Shown piece by piece: positions 60,064 to 64,000 of a stretch of 64,000 bases of DNA. Within the stretch, counting starts at the first letter, position 1; each line of letters starts with the position of its first letter. Both the position numbers and the translations under genes were made by a program. This DNA comes from Macrostomum lignano (lineage: Eukaryota): contig NIVC01000032.1 of NCBI GenBank assembly GCA_002269645.1, forward strand, positions 434,001 to 498,000. Reading direction: 5' to 3'. The notes beneath the pieces are model-generated. The model was not told the DNA's origin. It did not search any database and was given only the letters and a program-made list of their open reading frames with translations.

Positions 60064-60804
60064 ATTGTCAGAAACAGTCACTTTGAAAACTTTTGTACCT
60101 GTTAATTTACTTAGGTTAGGAGTATATCGTCTAAATAAATTATCTGACAATGTTTGACAATAAATTATTTTACACATTGTGTCTGACAATGTCAGCTGAC
60201 ACATTTTGTCTGACAATATATTAGCTGACACATTTTGTCTGACAGTGTTTTGATCTGACACATTTTAAGCTAAGAATAGATTAGCAAACACTAACTTGTC
60301 AGATTATCATATTAACTGATATAACTAATTGCAACTATACGTCAGGATAATCTATTGTAGTTGATGTCTTGCAGAGGTGGGCTGGTAATTAATTATTTTA
60401 CTCAGAAACACCGTAAGCCGATATGTGTGCATAGTTATTCAATTTAAAATCCTAGCTACTGACCATTAAATCAGTTAATAAATAAAAAAGCAAATTCTGC
60501 TTTGAAAGGATTTGTTTTTGTGCGGTCTTATAAAAAGCATTTTGAAGTTAATGTGCACCTAAACCCTACCCGTGTTTTGGAACTGAACACAATTCAACAT
60601 TGTTGCTAATTCAACCGCTTGTTTACTAATAGTAGTTGTAATTCAATAATAAAAGTATATTTCTGCATTCGGTGAACAAAATACGCTTTGTTTTCTGTCT
60701 GACTTTTCACTTTGATAAAGTACCTGTTGTACTTGTGTTATTTCAGTTTATTTAGGTACTTTGTATTTTTATTGTAAGCAAACATTTGTAGTTTAATTGC
60801 TCAA

Positions 60805-62815
60805 GTTGTCATCATTCTCCTAATCAAGACGTCATTCTCCAATCAAGATGTCATTCTCCTAATCAAGACGTCATTCTCTAATCAAGATGTCATTCTCCTA
60901 ATCAAGATGTCATTCTCCTAATCAAGACGTCATTCTCTAATCAAGATGTCATTCTCCTAATCAAGATGTCATTCTCCTAATCAAGATGTCGTTCTTCTAA
61001 TCAAGACGTCATTCTCTAATCAAGATGTCATTCTCCTAATCAAGATGTCATTCTCCTAATCAAGATGTCATTCTCTAATCAATATGTCATTCTCCTAATC
61101 CAGATGTCATTCTCTAATCAATATGTCATTCTCCTAATCAATATGTCATTCTCCTAATCAAGATGTCATTCTCCTAATCAAGATGTCATTCCCCTAATCA
61201 AGATGTCATTCTCCTAATCAGGGTGTCATTCACTCTCCTAATCAAGATGTCATTTCCCTAATCAATGTCATTCTCCTAATCAAGACGTCATTCTCTAATC
61301 AATATGTCATTCTCCTAATCAAGACGTCATTCTCTAATCAAGATGTCATTCTCCTAATCAAGATGTCATTCCCCTAATCAAGATGTCATTCTCCTAATCA
61401 AGATTTCACTCTCCTAATCAGGGTGTCATTCACTCTCCTAATCAGGGTGTCATTCACTCCTAATCAGGGTGTCATTCACTCTCCTAATCAGGGTGTCATT
61501 CACTCCTAATCAAGATGTCATTCTCGTAATTAAGACGTCATCATTCTCCTAATCAAGATGTTATTCTCCTAATCAAGATGTCATTCTCCTAATCAAGATT
61601 TTATTATCCTAACCAGGGTGTCATGCACTCTCCTAATTAAAATGCCACTCTCCTAATCAGGGTGTCATTCACTCTCCTAATCAGGGTGTCACTCTCCTAA
61701 TCAGGATTTCACTCTCCTAATCAGGGTGTCACTCTCCTAATCAGGATTTCACTCCTAATCAGGATTTCACTCTCCTAATCAGGGTGTCACTCTCCTAATC
61801 AGGATTTCACTCTCCTAATCAGGGTGTCACTCTCCTAATCAGGATTTCACTCTCCTAATCAGGGTGTCACTCTCCTAATCAGGATTTCACTCCTAATCAG
61901 GGTGTCTCTCTCCTAATCAGGATTTCACTCTCCTAATCAGGGTGTCACTCTCCTAATCAGGGTGTCACTCTCCTAATCAGGGTGCCACTCTCCTAATCAG
62001 GATTTCACTCTCCTAATCAGGGTGTCACTCTCCTAATCAGGATTTCACTCTCCTAATCAGGGTGTCACTCTCCTAATCAGGATTTCACTCTCCTAATCAG
62101 GATTTCACTCTCCTAATCAGGGTGTCACTCTCCTAATCAGGATTTCACTCTCCTAATCAGGGTGTCACTCTCCTAATCAGGATTTCACTCTCCTAATCAG
62201 GGTGTCACTCTCCTAATCAGGATTTCACTCTCCTAATCAGGATTTCACTCTCCTAATCAGGGTGTCACTCTCCTAATCAGGATTTCACTCTCCTAATCAG
62301 GGTGTCACTCTCCTAATCAGGATTTCACTCTCCTAATCAGGATTTCACTCTCCTAATCAGGGTGTCACTCTCCTAATCAGGATTTCACTCTCCTAATCAG
62401 GGTGTCACTCTCCTAATCAGGATTTCACTCTCCTAATCAGGGTGTCACTCTCCTAATCAGGATTTCACTCTCCTAATCAGGGTGTCACTCTCCTAATCAG
62501 GATTTCACTCTCCTAATCAGGGTGTCACTCTCCTAATCAGGGTGTCACTCTCCTAATCAGGGTGTCACTCTCCTAATCAGGATTTCACTCTCCTAATCAG
62601 GGTGTCACTCTCCTAATCAGGGTGTCACTCTCCTAATCAGGATTTCACTCTCCTAATCAGGGTGTCACTCTCCTAATCAGGATTTCACTCTCCTAATCAG
62701 GGTGTCACTCTCCTAATCAGGATTTCACTCTCCTAATCAGGGTGTCACTCTCCTAATCAGGATTTCACTCTCCTAATCAGGGTGTCACTCTCCTAATTAG
62801 GGTGTCACTCTCCTA
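60805..62815. repeat. 20-bp minisatellite grading from TCATTCTCCTAATCAAGATG to TCACTCTCCTAATCAGGGTG/GGATT, about 100 copies
   Basis: Read directly. Confidence 0.96.
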
Positions 62816-62940
62816 ATAAAGGTATTAATTTTGTCTCAATAGTTCTTTGTTAATTTGTAATAGGAAACAAGACTTAGAGACAGCAGACAATCAAACTACA
62901 GTGGACAGAGTAATTGCTTTAAAATTGCTAAACTTGCTGC

Positions 62941-63792
62941 ATGCTGACCTGGATCAAATCTAGGCTACCAGTTAGATCTGGAGCCAGCAGCACAGTTAGC
63001 AAAACTACTAATAGTAGCAACAGTCATGAAGGAAGCACTGCTGACGATGCACAGGAAAGTGCGTCCGTTGTTAACGCAAATTCTGAATCTCTAACAGCCA
63101 TCTCCGTAAAGCCATCGATTACGTCATCAGCTTCGTCAATAATCAGTTTTCATAAACAGAAGCCTGCAACAAATGCTACGGTTGATACTGAGCAAGGTGT
63201 TAACCAAAAACAAGACAATGCTTCAGACTCTGATGAAGCAGCAGATGACGGAGACACGGCCGAGTCGTCGGCGCTACTGTCCAATTGGTTTAAAAATTCC
63301 AGTGTTCTCTCAGGTGCATCCAGCACTAAAGATCCAATTTTACACTGTCTTGGCCTGTCTAGAAAGCAGCGAGTACTGGTATTTGTCTGCCTATTGTTAC
63401 TAGGCAGTTTGTTTCTCAGTCTTAGTTTCGTCTTTCTTCCCATGCTGCTATTGAAAGCGAGAAAATTTGCCATCCTGTATTCAATGGGCTCTTTCTGTTT
63501 AATATTGTCCTTCTCTGCACTGTGGGGTCCGGTGGCGCACTTCAAGCATCTTGTCTCCGGGCCTAGGATTACATTTTCGGCCGCTTATTTCAGCAGTTTA
63601 ATTGGCACTTTGTATTGCGCTATTGGGCTGCACTCTGCCCTAGCCGCTCTGGTTTGTTGCGCCTGTCAAATTGGCTGTTTAGTCTGGTATTTGGTTTCCT
63701 ACATTCCTGGTGGAGTTAAGGGACTTCAATTTTTTGCTAAAATGTTCTACTCGACTTCCGTTCGAGCAGTGAAGTCTTGCGCTCCGGCTTAG
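62941..63792 (+). CDS. Vesicle transport protein, Got1/Sft2 family (SFT2D3-like), single exon, 283 aa
   Basis: LSRKQRVLVF...LLLKARKFAILYSMGS...WGP..HFKHL...YFSSLIGTLY...VWYLVSYIPGG four-TM Sft2 domain after a Ser-rich N-terminus. Confidence 0.88.
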   Translation: MLTWIKSRLPVRSGASSTVSKTTNSSNSHEGSTADDAQESASVVNANSESLTAISVKPSITSSASSIISFHKQKPATNATVDTEQGVNQKQDNASDSDEAADDGDTAESSALLSNWFKNSSVLSGASSTKDPILHCLGLSRKQRVLVFVCLLLLGSLFLSLSFVFLPMLLLKARKFAILYSMGSFCLILSFSALWGPVAHFKHLVSGPRITFSAAYFSSLIGTLYCAIGLHSALAALVCCACQIGCLVWYLVSYIPGGVKGLQFFAKMFYSTSVRAVKSCAPA

Positions 63793-64000
63793 GATTCATC
63801 AAAAACTTGGGGTATTGGTCTTCCGAATTTTTGTTGCCGATGTCAAGATCAACATTCGGATATGCAGTGAAGCTATGATATAAAGCTACCGCTTTTGACG
63901 ATCTAAATGGGAATTCGGACAATCGGAACGGGACGCCATAGACATTCAAGCCAGGCCACAGATCGCACCCTAGTCATGAACTTTAGCAGTTTAGCGATGT

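Overview
Eukaryotic (animal) genomic DNA, not prokaryotic. Spliced genes have canonical GT-AG introns, and roughly half of the 64 kb (about 31 kb by my manual tally) is micro/minisatellite, with a different unit in almost every long intron. This architecture resembles the flatworm Macrostomum (inference, not verified). Hand-built gene models with consistent exon phases: GILT/IFI30 (+), a small unannotated EGF-domain gene (-), an LIV-1/ZIP8-14-like SLC39 transporter lacking key metal-binding His residues (-), guanylate kinase (+), a TLCD4/TMEM56-like gene (-), an NPY/NPF-type GPCR with a very long ECL3 (+), MIC60/IMMT (11 exons, -), intronless SEM1/DSS1 (+) and intronless SFT2D3-like (+). Mobile DNA: an internally deleted P-superfamily (THAP9-like) transposon with intact TIRs and a 7-bp TSD, two MITEs, and four copies of a probable tRNA-derived SINE, three of which run directly into tandem arrays. 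Most long ORFs in the supplied track are artefacts of repeats.
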